A stretch of 64,000 nucleotides of DNA from a virus (taxonomy: Duplodnaviria; Caudoviricetes): IMG/VR virus record IMGVR_UViG_2615840593_000003, positions 32,001 to 96,000 of that record. One strand, given 5' to 3'. This document shows, one piece after another, positions 39,172-48,338 of this stretch. The position numbers were made by a program, and so were the translations under genes. The stretch's first letter is position 1. Every line of letters begins with the position of its first letter. The notes under the pieces were generated by a model that did no database searches, was not told the DNA's origin, and was given only the letters and a program-made list of their open reading frames with translations.

Positions 39172-39443
39172 TCCTCACAATAGGGTACTGTTACGCCATT
39201 CTTTTCTATCATCATTTGAGTAGGTGCATTTGAAGTGGTAGAGCCACTACCACGTACATAAGTATAGTAGCAACCTGTACTTTTATGCTTAAGTATAACT
39301 GCTTCGCCACGATATACTTCATCTACTGATACAACATTCATTTCTCCATTATTACTTGCACTCACGTTTCCTTCATTACTCTGATTGCATCCGAATAAAA
39401 CTGTGAATCCTAACATTCCTAATATTATTAATTTACGCTTCAT
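39168..39443 (-). CDS. Lipoprotein (DUF6440-like)
   Basis: Lipobox LFGC; ILKHKSTGCYY. Confidence 0.7.
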   Translation of the reverse strand: MKRKLIILGMLGFTVLFGCNQSNEGNVSASNNGEMNVVSVDEVYRGEAVILKHKSTGCYYTYVRGSGSTTSNAPTQMMIEKNGVTVPYCEE

Positions 39444-39481
39444 TATGTATTTCCTCCTGTAATTTTAATAAAACTCCTCTT

Positions 39482-39916
39482 TTACTTAATTAACTCTGGA
39501 TTTTCATAAATATTCCCAATCGCTTCTAGTTTATCTAATTCTACAGCGATATTTAGTTGCCAACTACCACAAGGCGACTCTAAATAGTAGCCGTAAACTT
39601 CTCTACTCAATCCACCAACTAATTCATCTCTTGAATCATACACATGCATTCCTTTATTAACTACTAATTTTTGACCATGTGTTTCAATGATATCTTTTTC
39701 ATAAATTGCAATTCCATACTTATCATATAAACCTGTGTTTTGCATAATTTCTAAAGCGTCTAAATTCATAACAGCATAACTTCCGTGTAACCATTGTTCG
39801 TTAGAAGGCAGTGCAAATCTTTTTGCGTCAAATCCATCTGCTTTTAAATATAATGCGAAATTCATATAATGCATATTCTTGTTTAACGGTTCCCATACTC
39901 TAAATTCTTTGTTCAT
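39482..39916 (-). CDS. YopX family protein
   Basis: KEFRVW...MQNTGLYDKYGIAIYEKDI...IGNIYENPELI. Confidence 0.9.
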   Translation of the reverse strand: MNKEFRVWEPLNKNMHYMNFALYLKADGFDAKRFALPSNEQWLHGSYAVMNLDALEIMQNTGLYDKYGIAIYEKDIIETHGQKLVVNKGMHVYDSRDELVGGLSREVYGYYLESPCGSWQLNIAVELDKLEAIGNIYENPELIK

Positions 39917-39956
39917 TATATTAATTCTCCTTTTCTGTTTTAATAAAACGGTTCTA

Positions 39957-40211
39957 TTATAGGTTGCCGTTCACTTTATTGTACTCTGTCATTAAATCTT
40001 TATCGCTCAAGATGTCTTGATAAGATTCTGGAAAGGCATCTACAGTCTTCATTGAAATTGCTCTATTGTCACTTGGCTCATCGCTATATCTGAAAATAAT
40101 TACATTATTACAAACGTACATATCGCACATTGTTCCGAAGTCATCTTTATCAACTTTTACAAACTTGCAACAATCTGAATCATGCTTATACATCGGATTC
40201 ATTGTGATCAC
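39957..40211 (-). CDS. Hypothetical protein
   Basis: 84-aa ORF; stop inside site 39943. Confidence 0.65.
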   Translation of the reverse strand: MITMNPMYKHDSDCCKFVKVDKDDFGTMCDMYVCNNVIIFRYSDEPSDNRAISMKTVDAFPESYQDILSDKDLMTEYNKVNGNL

Positions 40212-40217
40212 TCCACA

Positions 40218-40406
40218 TTATGTATTTTTGATAATTTCTTGATTTTCTACAGCATAACTATTTCCACGATCCTTTAACTGCCCTATTACAATGTCTTTAC
40301 CTTTAAACATTTTCTTTCCTTCTGCTCTAGCATCTATTTCGCTATAAAATGTTTCATGTACCCACTCAATATTGTGTGCTTCTGTGAAAGTCCATTGATT
40401 ATGCAT
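40218..40406 (-). CDS. Hypothetical protein
   Basis: 62-aa ORF, RBS aggagg; promoter with AATAAAATACATAA upstream. Confidence 0.65.
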   Translation of the reverse strand: MHNQWTFTEAHNIEWVHETFYSEIDARAEGKKMFKGKDIVIGQLKDRGNSYAVENQEIIKNT

Positions 40407-40593
40407 TTATCAAAACCTCCTAAATTTTAGTACCTCTTTACCTCTTACATCCATATTAACACTACAACCCATTTAATTCAATAATAATTTATGTATTTTA
40501 TTATTTAAAATTAACATGTTCTTTTGAAAAAGCATAAATTAATTGTTTAGTGAATATAATAAATGTTGATATCTAAATATTAAAATCAAGGAT

Positions 40594-41151
40594 GTGGTAA
40601 CTTTGGACATACTTACTCAAGATGCTTTAGATAAAGAAATGTTGGATAAATATAGTTTAAATAATTGTGTAAATTCAACCACAATTAAAGAAAGTATCTA
40701 TGTTAGATTGATTTCATACGCATTAATATTGGCTTCTGGGTATATGATGAAGATTGAATTTTTCAATTATCCATTAACTTTTAATAAAACATTTATATCT
40801 GTGATTTTATCTTATTTATTAATTATCCCTATTCATGAAATGTTACATTATATTCCTTTTAAAATCCTTAAATACAATCCAAAATTAAATTTACTAAATA
40901 ATACAATTGATGGAGCAATAAAAAGAGAAGATTTAATGATCATTTCGATATCACCATTAATTATTATCTCTACCTTTTTGATTATTTTAATGACTATTTT
41001 TACTTCTTATATTCCATTACTCGTAATGATCATTGGGATTCACTTACTTACTTGTATTAATGATTTAGCTCAATTTAGCATCGCAAAGAAATTCCATAAA
41101 AACTGCTATATAGGAGTTGCTAATAAAACTGAGTACAGAGGATATTTATAA
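40594..41151 (+). CDS. Membrane zincin-like protein (DUF3267 family)
   Basis: TM helices, HEMLH (HExxH), ISPLIIIS, HLLTCINDL. Confidence 0.75.
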   Translation: MVTLDILTQDALDKEMLDKYSLNNCVNSTTIKESIYVRLISYALILASGYMMKIEFFNYPLTFNKTFISVILSYLLIIPIHEMLHYIPFKILKYNPKLNLLNNTIDGAIKREDLMIISISPLIIISTFLIILMTIFTSYIPLLVMIIGIHLLTCINDLAQFSIAKKFHKNCYIGVANKTEYRGYL

Positions 41152-41170
41152 CTTCTGTACTCAGTTTTTA
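41124..41170. terminator. Long hairpin terminator
   Basis: aaaactgagtacaga...tctgtactcagtttt. Confidence 0.7.
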
Positions 41171-41504
41171 ATATTATATAAACAATTTTACTAATACACT
41201 CTCTCAAAGTAAAGGCAGTACCCACTCTCTCGTTCCTAGACTTACTGATAATTTCGTTATGATTTAATTCCGTCATCATTTTCCTCCTTTACTGTATATT
41301 ATTTAGTTCCTATGTATTGATTCCATAGCGATATCAAACCATCTTTGAGCATCTAAATTTAATCTCCGTGAATTATTTCTCTCATCCTCTAATTGTTTTC
41401 TCAATTTGTTATTTTCATCTTCCAAATACTCTGTTCGTGCTTTCAATTCTTCGTAATTTAGATTTTTCATTTAAATATCTCCTTTTATAAAATGAACATA
41501 TTGT

Positions 41505-41690
41505 TTAATCTTCTAAGTAAGTAACTATTACACCGCTAAATAAACCTATGTATCCGCCAATGAGAATTGATACAAAAGTAGCTCCTTCATAAAAATTAAA
41601 ATAACTACGAGTAATCACTTGTACATAGTTTAATAAAATAACTAAAATTGAAAATGTAATAATTTTTTTCAAATTCACAAAAGATACCAC
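41505..41690 (-). CDS. Small membrane protein
   Basis: Two TM helices; between sites 41487 and 41723. Confidence 0.6.
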   Translation of the reverse strand: MVSFVNLKKIITFSILVILLNYVQVITRSYFNFYEGATFVSILIGGYIGLFSGVIVTYLED

Positions 41691-41740
41691 CTTTTTTATT
41701 TATGTATTTAATCGAATAATTTATAATTAATCACTGTTAT

Positions 41741-41983
41741 TTAACCTTCTTCTAGACCGTATTCTTTCATTTTCTTTTCTAATTCGTGAATTCTGATTTT
41801 CCTACGCATCTTTTCAATTCTTAATAATTCTTCTCTCGCCTCCATTTCTTCTTTATCTCTTGTTAATCGTTCCATCGTTTTCATTGCCTCAATACGTAGT
41901 CGACTTTCATATTCTGTAGAAGCACTGTGATAATTCCTATATTCATAACGCTTATTATTTTTTGACTTGAATAAACCGAACAT
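41741..41983 (-). CDS. Hypothetical coiled-coil protein
   Basis: 80-aa ORF between sites 41723 and 42002. Confidence 0.65.
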   Translation of the reverse strand: MFGLFKSKNNKRYEYRNYHSASTEYESRLRIEAMKTMERLTRDKEEMEAREELLRIEKMRRKIRIHELEKKMKEYGLEEG

Positions 41984-42050
41984 GATTATTCTCCTCCTTT
42001 GATAATATTCAGTTTTTATTTATTTTATTATTTAGAAAAGGAAGGTGGCA

Positions 42051-42296
42051 TTAAGCCACCATATCCTTTCTTAATAGTAGAACGTGTTGATACAGTGATG
42101 TTCCTTCATATCGAATAGGTTTAATGCCATCTGGACGTTCTGATTTCATCTTATTCACTATTCCACTTGCACTTAATGAATTGTATTTTGAAATGTACTC
42201 TCTAATAATTGAATCCTCTAGATGTGACCAATGATCATTTTGTTTTCTCATCCTTACAATTCCACCCTTCTGTTGTTTGGTGATATTGTAGCACAA
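42051..42296 (-). CDS. Hypothetical protein
   Basis: ORF; probable start MRKQND after RBS agggtgg. Confidence 0.55.
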   Translation of the reverse strand: MCYNITKQQKGGIVRMRKQNDHWSHLEDSIIREYISKYNSLSASGIVNKMKSERPDGIKPIRYEGTSLYQHVLLLRKDMVA

Positions 42297-42717
42297 AACC
42301 TACCTATATTAATATTATATCTTGTTTGAAAGTATCGTATTTATATGATTATGTATTTAACAATTATTTGTTTTTTGTACACCTTCGATAATATCTATCT
42401 TTTATTTAACTTTTAATATTATTTCCAATTGATTTTAGCTGTTTAAATACTTCTCATAACACTTTATGCCTCCGATTAACTAAAGCTCTCTATTAATTAG
42501 CAGCGAGTTAATTCATTACTAAAGACGTTTGCAACATTTCCGAAAGTTCGATTACCAGTATCGACCAAGCGAAATGCAAGTAAAGGTTGCATAAATCTTT
42601 GTATATAAAGAATAATATATAAGATACATAATATACAGTATTTACGATTCATAATTTCACCTTTTCAGGTAAAATTCCAATCGTGAAAATTTTTCTCTTT
42701 TATCCTTCTTCTACTAT

Positions 42718-43338
42718 TCATAACTTATGTAAATTAACACTATAATGATTATTAAACTTTTCTAACCCACTATCACCAAATGGATCATATTCTGCTTTGT
42801 GCTTAGTGATAGTAACCAACTTTTCTTTTACTAACAATTTATTGTACTTTGTTACTGAGAAATTACTTATTCCTAAATCAATTTGAATGGTTTCATAAGA
42901 CGGATAACAAAATAACTTTGTCATGTCACTTCTGTTGATGTAGGATTCATAATAATACATTAATCTAAATCCTATTAAACCCACTCTATCAATTGATTTT
43001 AATAGCTCTAAAGGTAATTGAGTAAAGTAGTCACTTTTACAAGGATCTAACATTATAATCTGCAATGGTTTATTAATTGGTAACTTGTCTATTTGATACT
43101 TAATCAAACCTTGGTTATGTAAATTTGAAAAGCACTTCTTGAGAGTCCTATTATCAGTAACTCCTGTTACAAATTTTATATCTTTAAGTAAAACGTTTAT
43201 TTCACTATTATTGAATGCTTTAAATTTCTTAAAAAGTAAAAACGCATAAACAACAAAAGACTTCTCATCAATATTGAATCCTATGTTTCTAACAATTTCA
43301 GTTGGTACTTGCAGCCATATTTTATTATTATCTTTCAT
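42718..43338 (-). CDS. Tandem winged-HTH protein (replication-initiator-like)
   Basis: WLQVPTEIV/FTQLPLELL repeat; FCYPSYETIQIDLGISNFSVTKYNKLL...NNHY. Confidence 0.6.
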   Translation of the reverse strand: MKDNNKIWLQVPTEIVRNIGFNIDEKSFVVYAFLLFKKFKAFNNSEINVLLKDIKFVTGVTDNRTLKKCFSNLHNQGLIKYQIDKLPINKPLQIIMLDPCKSDYFTQLPLELLKSIDRVGLIGFRLMYYYESYINRSDMTKLFCYPSYETIQIDLGISNFSVTKYNKLLVKEKLVTITKHKAEYDPFGDSGLEKFNNHYSVNLHKL

Positions 43339-43400
43339 TTTATTTCAACCTTTATGTATATTGTTTACTAAAATAAGATACCTCCACCTCCATTCTTATT

Positions 43401-43637
43401 TCACCTTGTAACAATAATTTTCCCTTTTTCATCATAATCCCAACTGTAACGGTTTCCACAATCTTCGCAACTCATCAATTGTTCATCTACTCCAAATTTC
43501 TCAAACTTATCGTAAATTTTTTTGGACTTTTCGCCCTTTTTAGTTATTCTATAATGAACTTCTGTGTATTCAAGTTCGACAAATAAAAGTTTTCCACCAC
43601 AAGAGCACACAGGAACTTGATATGCCAAAAATTTCAC
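43401..43637 (-). CDS. Zinc-ribbon protein (paralog of 44191-44439)
   Basis: CSCG...CEDCG...DYDEKGKII. Confidence 0.65.
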   Translation of the reverse strand: MKFLAYQVPVCSCGGKLLFVELEYTEVHYRITKKGEKSKKIYDKFEKFGVDEQLMSCEDCGNRYSWDYDEKGKIIVTR

Positions 43638-43665
43638 TCCCTAATTATATTTTTGTTTATAATAT

Positions 43666-43872
43666 TCAGTAATCTTTCAGAAATTCAATAAAGGAATCTG
43701 TCCAGTTACTGCCATTTTCAATGCAGTCAATATATTGATCTGCCACTGTATCATTTTCGTAGTACCCATTACTGTCTAGCCAATCTCTGACAATCTTTTC
43801 TTTTTCCCTTGCAATTTGAAAAGACTCTCCTGCTAATTTAATTGCTTCTTGGATTTCTTTTGGTACTCTCAT
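43666..43872 (-). CDS. Hypothetical protein
   Basis: 68-aa ORF with RBS. Confidence 0.65.
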   Translation of the reverse strand: MRVPKEIQEAIKLAGESFQIAREKEKIVRDWLDSNGYYENDTVADQYIDCIENGSNWTDSFIEFLKDY

Positions 43873-43900
43873 AATTTATTCTCCTTAACATACATTTTTT

Positions 43901-44092
43901 CTAATATGAATTAAGAACTTCAACCATTTTTTCTTTTATGTACTTTGGAATAGAACTCTGTTTCATTATTTCAAATCTATTGTCATGAATTCTTGTTGTT
44001 CTACCACTATAACTAAAAACTCTAACGCCATTTTTGAATTTGACAATGCTCCACTTACCATCATTAAAAACAATATCTCCCACACACACCAT
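43901..44092 (-). CDS. Hypothetical protein
   Basis: 63-aa ORF. Confidence 0.5.
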   Translation of the reverse strand: MVCVGDIVFNDGKWSIVKFKNGVRVFSYSGRTTRIHDNRFEIMKQSSIPKYIKEKMVEVLNSY

Positions 44093-44190
44093 CCTTCATA
44101 TTTTCAAACAATCTATAATGAATCTATTATTTTAACGCTCTACTTCCTTTGTTCTAGCATTACACTCATATTGATCATTAAGGAATTTGA

Positions 44191-44439
44191 TTAATATGTT
44201 TGATGATACCTTTCTTCAACGTCAATTACTCGCCCTTTATCATCTAAATCGTAATCGAATAATTCACCACAGCTACCGTTATCACACTCTAAATAATCTT
44301 TGCTTGTATCAAATACTTGTGGTATATTATCAGATTTGCGTTTAGAAATCGTATTTCGTTTAGTTAAAGGTATTCTATATACAAGCTCAGTTTCTTTATA
44401 AAGAAATAATTCACCTGTTTTACAAATAGGGCATTTCAA
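44191..44439 (-). CDS. Zinc-ribbon protein
   Basis: CPICK...CDNGSCG...DYDLDDKGRVI. Confidence 0.65.
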   Translation of the reverse strand: MKCPICKTGELFLYKETELVYRIPLTKRNTISKRKSDNIPQVFDTSKDYLECDNGSCGELFDYDLDDKGRVIDVEERYHQTY

Positions 44440-44481
44440 ATCAAATCACCTTCCAGTATATTTTTTAATAATAGATGTGTT

Positions 44482-44775
44482 TTACTTAATTGTTATTTCT
44501 TTAGCATAATACCAACCTACTCCCGTATTTCCCCACAATTTACTGATATCATCATATCGTTCTGATAGGTAACTATCATAAACCATAATATAGTTAACTC
44601 CATCTTTGACTATACAAGATATCATTTCGTCGCTTTCTAATTCTTTATTACAATACTCATCAAGATATTTGATTGCATCACTTATAGACGTATAAACTGT
44701 AAAATCTACCACATCATCTTGCTCATAATGATCTTCGATCCAATATTTCACCATTGGGATATAGCCTTTTTTCAC
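44482..44775 (-). CDS. Hypothetical protein
   Basis: Fills sites 44468-44795; RBS gggagg. Confidence 0.7.
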   Translation of the reverse strand: MKKGYIPMVKYWIEDHYEQDDVVDFTVYTSISDAIKYLDEYCNKELESDEMISCIVKDGVNYIMVYDSYLSERYDDISKLWGNTGVGWYYAKEITIK

Positions 44776-44808
44776 TTTAAAATTCCTCCCTTTTATAATA
44801 GTTCTACA

Positions 44809-45039
44809 TTATTTAATATAGATTTGCTTTGTACGTAATGCTAAATCACCCAATGTTAGTTTCAAATCACGCTCAGTCAAAGTACCATCTTCATTCAAAA
44901 TATTTAAAATAGCTTCAATTGATTCTTCGACTAAAGCTTCACGATAATTATCTTTTGCTTCCTCTAATTTTTCTTGCTTATCCTCTAACTCATATTTTGC
45001 TTTGTTCATCATACTCCACACTTCATCTTTTTTACTCAT
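44809..45039 (-). CDS. Hypothetical coiled-coil protein
   Basis: Start MSKKD with RBS aaggag; fills sites 44795-45057. Confidence 0.65.
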   Translation of the reverse strand: MSKKDEVWSMMNKAKYELEDKQEKLEEAKDNYREALVEESIEAILNILNEDGTLTERDLKLTLGDLALRTKQIYIK

Positions 45040-45289
45040 TTGAATCTCTCCTTTTAATAATAACTTCATTTTACTTAGTTGTGAAAGTTACAACAAACTC
45101 AAACTTACAATTGAACTCTTTTTCACATTCTTCACACACCATATTAAAATTACCTTCCATATCATCAGTCTCAATACCATAATTCTGCCAATCCTCATAT
45201 TCATGTTTGCAATGTGGACATATGATTGCTTCATTTGACATCATACAAAAATCACCTCTCTTTCATTAATAGACTTCTATTATCTAATC

Positions 45290-45901
45290 TTAATCAATTC
45301 CTAATTCATCTTTTTCATATTCTTTTTTACTCTGAATCATTTCAGACATACAGTCTTTATTAACTTTTACTTCCTTATATACAGCTATAGCTTTTTCTTT
45401 AGAATCAAAGAATAAATACTTAAATTTATCAATTTTTAAATCAAGGTAGCTGACTACATATTCACTATCAACCTCTAATTTTGAAATTAAAATTTCAGCT
45501 TCTTTCTCTTCGTCATCTTCATATTCATCATAATCTTCATTATCTGTATTCTCTTCTTCATTAAAACAAGCTAAATATCGCTGTGGAACTAAATGAATTG
45601 AACCTGTTGTATCTTCACATAAAGCCATTCCATTATCGTATTTATAAATAACAATTAGCGTTGCATACCGTTCAAGACCTTCATGTGGCTCTTGAATTAT
45701 TGTTTCTATATCTAAGCATTCTTCCTCAACAGAATGTATACCTAATCTCAATAGCTGATCACGATATTCCATTGAATCATCTAATATTACATCTATATCA
45801 CTAGTAGACATACCTCTATCATCTAATTCATCATAAATCTTATCCTCAATTTTTTTAAATCCATTAATTATATCAAATGTTGCTTTATCCATTAATTGCA
45901 C
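45290..45901 (-). CDS. Hypothetical acidic protein
   Basis: 203-aa ORF. Confidence 0.7.
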   Translation of the reverse strand: MQLMDKATFDIINGFKKIEDKIYDELDDRGMSTSDIDVILDDSMEYRDQLLRLGIHSVEEECLDIETIIQEPHEGLERYATLIVIYKYDNGMALCEDTTGSIHLVPQRYLACFNEEENTDNEDYDEYEDDEEKEAEILISKLEVDSEYVVSYLDLKIDKFKYLFFDSKEKAIAVYKEVKVNKDCMSEMIQSKKEYEKDELGID

Positions 45902-45919
45902 TCCCTGTTATTTGTTACT

Positions 45920-46336
45920 TCAAAGTTTTTTATCAATAAATTTGATTAACTCATCTTTCATTAGTTCCTTAATGAAAACATGCATTGGCTTATTTGCTTT
46001 TAATTGATTACATCTTCTACAAGCACATACGACCATTTCCTCTGTGGTGAATATTTTATACTCAGATTGAGGAACAATATGATCTATTGTATTTCCAAAC
46101 TTTCCGCAATATTGACAGATATTTTTATCTCTTTTTAGCACTCTTTCTTTTAAAGGCGGTAGTTGAACTGTTAATTTTATAGTGTCAGGTGCAACAATTA
46201 TTGCGTATCCTTTTTTAACTTCATATAATGCTTTTTCAAAAAATGTTCTACCATGCTTACCTTCTTTATGCCAATCAGCTATTACTTTTATAAACGGTGC
46301 TGAATTATCTAATTCCATATCTAAAACCTCTTTCAT
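45920..46336 (-). CDS. HNH endonuclease
   Basis: VLKRDKNICQYCG...TIDHIVPQS...CACRRCNQLKAN. Confidence 0.88.
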   Translation of the reverse strand: MKEVLDMELDNSAPFIKVIADWHKEGKHGRTFFEKALYEVKKGYAIIVAPDTIKLTVQLPPLKERVLKRDKNICQYCGKFGNTIDHIVPQSEYKIFTTEEMVVCACRRCNQLKANKPMHVFIKELMKDELIKFIDKKL

Positions 46337-46366
46337 TAAAGTAAACTATTATATAAAATGCTGATA

Positions 46367-46600
46367 TTACTTAAAATTGGAATTAAGCTTTATTTCTATA
46401 TTTTCAAATGGTATACCTCTTCTTGTACCCTCTTTAACCACTGCACTATCAATAAACATTTCCTTACCATCTTTATAAATTATTTTTACACCATTGTTAT
46501 GATTAATAAAACTTCCTATATCTTCCATATTAACAGTTATTACTTCACAATCATCAGTTTCATATGAAGTTCCATCATTTTTATAAATTTTCATAAGCAT
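46367..46600 (-). CDS. Hypothetical protein
   Basis: Fills sites 46353-46611. Confidence 0.6.
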   Translation of the reverse strand: MLMKIYKNDGTSYETDDCEVITVNMEDIGSFINHNNGVKIIYKDGKEMFIDSAVVKEGTRRGIPFENIEIKLNSNFK

Positions 46601-46633
46601 TCTTCTTTTCGTAATATTATACTTTTATAGAAA

Positions 46634-46843
46634 TTAAATTTTACTGGCTAAATTATATGTAAGAGATTTAATTTCATCCAGTTTTTTACGTTCACACTTA
46701 ATAGAATCAATCAAATGAAATAAGTCAGACTCCAGTTCTTTATTATCACTAGCATGTTTCATCAATATAGACATAACTTCTTGTTCTAGTTTTGTAAAAT
46801 CTACTTTTTCAATATTTTCACTTACCATATTTAGCTCCTCCAA
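46634..46843 (-). CDS. Hypothetical protein
   Basis: First gene after the promoter near 46951-47000. Confidence 0.6.
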   Translation of the reverse strand: MEELNMVSENIEKVDFTKLEQEVMSILMKHASDNKELESDLFHLIDSIKCERKKLDEIKSLTYNLASKI

Positions 46844-47012
46844 TTTTACCTAAATTAAATTTTACTTTATGTACAAATGGTATACAACTTCCAACTACAA
46901 ATTACAGTGAGTATTTATAGTTAGTTGAAGCCACCATTTTTCTTAAAACAAGATTACCACAATTCATGTACAATCGTCAATATATTTTGTGTATTTTATT
47001 ATTTAATTTCTT

Positions 47013-48071
47013 TTACGCTTCTATTTTCACCTTTTGATTATAGAACTCATCTAAATGTTTTTTGATCGATTCTAAGCGTCCTAATACATTTACCTTCTTT
47101 ATTCCCCACGATCCGGCAAACTCTTTGTAATTAGTAGGTATCTCATCTGATTCTCCTTGTATTGTACTGGAGAATAATGTTAACCAGTCAATAAGATACT
47201 GTTTATCATAAGCACTATCTTCAAAATGCTTCATAACATGTATTAACGTTGGTAGATTGATTTTTCTCAATAGGAACTTATCTGTTTCCTCTCCATAAGC
47301 ATCCTGTAAAAGTGTCATTGCTTTTTCTACAGTTTCAAAAATCCCTTCATTCATTCCTTCATGTAGCTTCTCAGAGTACTTTGTTAATTCATCGCTAGCG
47401 AATGATTTTAATTCATAGTCTTCATCAAATAACATAAGAGTCTGTAACAAAACTGCTTGATCTTCACCTTTTCGTAATTGTGTTGGAGTAAAGTGTGCGT
47501 TCTTGATCATAAATGGATGCTCAGATAGTCTATTTAATCTAATAGAAGCACTTATACCCATAACAGCTTTATTCTTCTGATGCACACTTAGGTAAACCCC
47601 ATTATTCAAACGATAGAATAATTCTACTTTTTCTTCCTCAGTAATGTCGCTTAAATAATACATATTTAATGTTTTAGTTTGAAATTCTAGCCTCACTGGT
47701 TCTGGTAATTCTTCAAATTTAGTTTTACTAATGTTGTAATACGTATCATCTATATTTACTGGTGGAGTATCTGGATGTAAAGCATAATCCCCTTTATAAT
47801 ACGACACCAAGTTCGTTATTCTTTGCTTACCATCAATTACTTCATAAGTGTTCGCTGTTTTATTATCTTTTGTTTCTACTTCCGCAGATGTAACTACTGG
47901 AGGAATAAAGTAATCGACTATTAATGATTGCACTAGTAATGATTTCTGCTTTAAACTCCATTGTTCATCTGCTCTTTGAATTGGAAAATCAAAATTCAAT
48001 CTTTCATCCGTGATTAGTTTATCAAATTTACTAACTGACATAGGCATACTTGCTTTTATCATTTTCTTCAC
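47013..48071 (-). CDS. DUF262 (ParB/GmrS-like) protein
   Basis: FPIQR...WSLKQKSLLVQSL...YEVIDGKQRIT...LFYRLNNG. Confidence 0.85.
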   Translation of the reverse strand: MKKMIKASMPMSVSKFDKLITDERLNFDFPIQRADEQWSLKQKSLLVQSLIVDYFIPPVVTSAEVETKDNKTANTYEVIDGKQRITNLVSYYKGDYALHPDTPPVNIDDTYYNISKTKFEELPEPVRLEFQTKTLNMYYLSDITEEEKVELFYRLNNGVYLSVHQKNKAVMGISASIRLNRLSEHPFMIKNAHFTPTQLRKGEDQAVLLQTLMLFDEDYELKSFASDELTKYSEKLHEGMNEGIFETVEKAMTLLQDAYGEETDKFLLRKINLPTLIHVMKHFEDSAYDKQYLIDWLTLFSSTIQGESDEIPTNYKEFAGSWGIKKVNVLGRLESIKKHLDEFYNQKVKIEA

Positions 48072-48121
48072 TCCTTAAATTCTGTTGGATTTAAATTTCA
48101 AACCACACAATTAATAAATCA

Positions 48122-48338
48122 ACATTCTATATACCTCTATTTTCGCATTAGGAAATTCTACAGATTTCAATTTTTAAAATGTAAAATTCTACGATTTTGA
48201 TTTTTTAATTCTATAGTTTTGATTTTTCGCATTACAAAATTCTACCCATTTCATTTTTTGATTTCAGAAATTCTATAGGTTTCATTTTTCACATTTATAA
48301 ATTCTATATTTTCTGATTTTTCATTCATAGAATTATAG
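48122..48338. repeat. Imperfect tandem repeat, 31-bp period, about 8 units, core AAATTCTA
   Basis: ATTCTA at 48124, 48155, 48186, 48208, 48239, 48270, 48301 and ATTATA at 48332 (spacings 31,31,22,31,31,31,31). Confidence 0.85.

Larger units (their letters stand above)
1469..46628. repeat. Dispersed array of about 53 junction sites ATAA(A/T)A-N6-T(A/T)TTAT
   Basis: Left-arm starts: 1469,3469,4538,7311,8654,9259,9786,10005,10733,11274,12799,14463,14678,15525,21005,22647,23201,24563,24798,25297,26156,26853,27067,27418,27735,28079,28132,28715,31261,32508,33033,33855,34368,34741,34921,35371,36478,38253,38516,38876,39468,39943,41487,41723,42002,42388,44468,44795,45057,45266,46335,46353,46611; some have 1-2 arm mismatches. 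Confidence 0.88.

Noticed and set aside
44113-44130. Additional degenerate junction sites (e.g. 44113, about 3835, about 11005)
   Set aside because: Only one arm matches; not distinguishable from AT-rich background without a PWM, so excluded from the count
108-46567. Many plus-strand ORFs in the track (e.g. 108-446, 747-968, 15604-15999, 16943-17314, 21144-21461, 29442-29783)
   Set aside because: Antisense shadows of well-supported minus-strand genes; no RBS and unusual composition
1469-46628. Classical integron attC sites or canonical Xer dif sites
   Set aside because: No RYYYAAC...GTTRRRY long imperfect hairpins, and no full 11-bp XerC/XerD arms matching the Bacillus dif consensus; only the 6-bp-core geometry is shared
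1469-46628. Junction sites as intrinsic terminators
   Set aside because: Six A-U pairs with frequent mismatches are too weak; no GC stem; downstream genes usually lack their own promoter
47013-48071. GmrSD type IV restriction enzyme
   Set aside because: No DUF1524/HNH domain fused or adjacent; the HNH gene at 45920 is in a separate unit
48122-48338. CRISPR array (the AATTCTA core is reminiscent of Cas12a repeats)
   Set aside because: The whole 31-bp unit is similar between copies; no unique spacers and no cas genes
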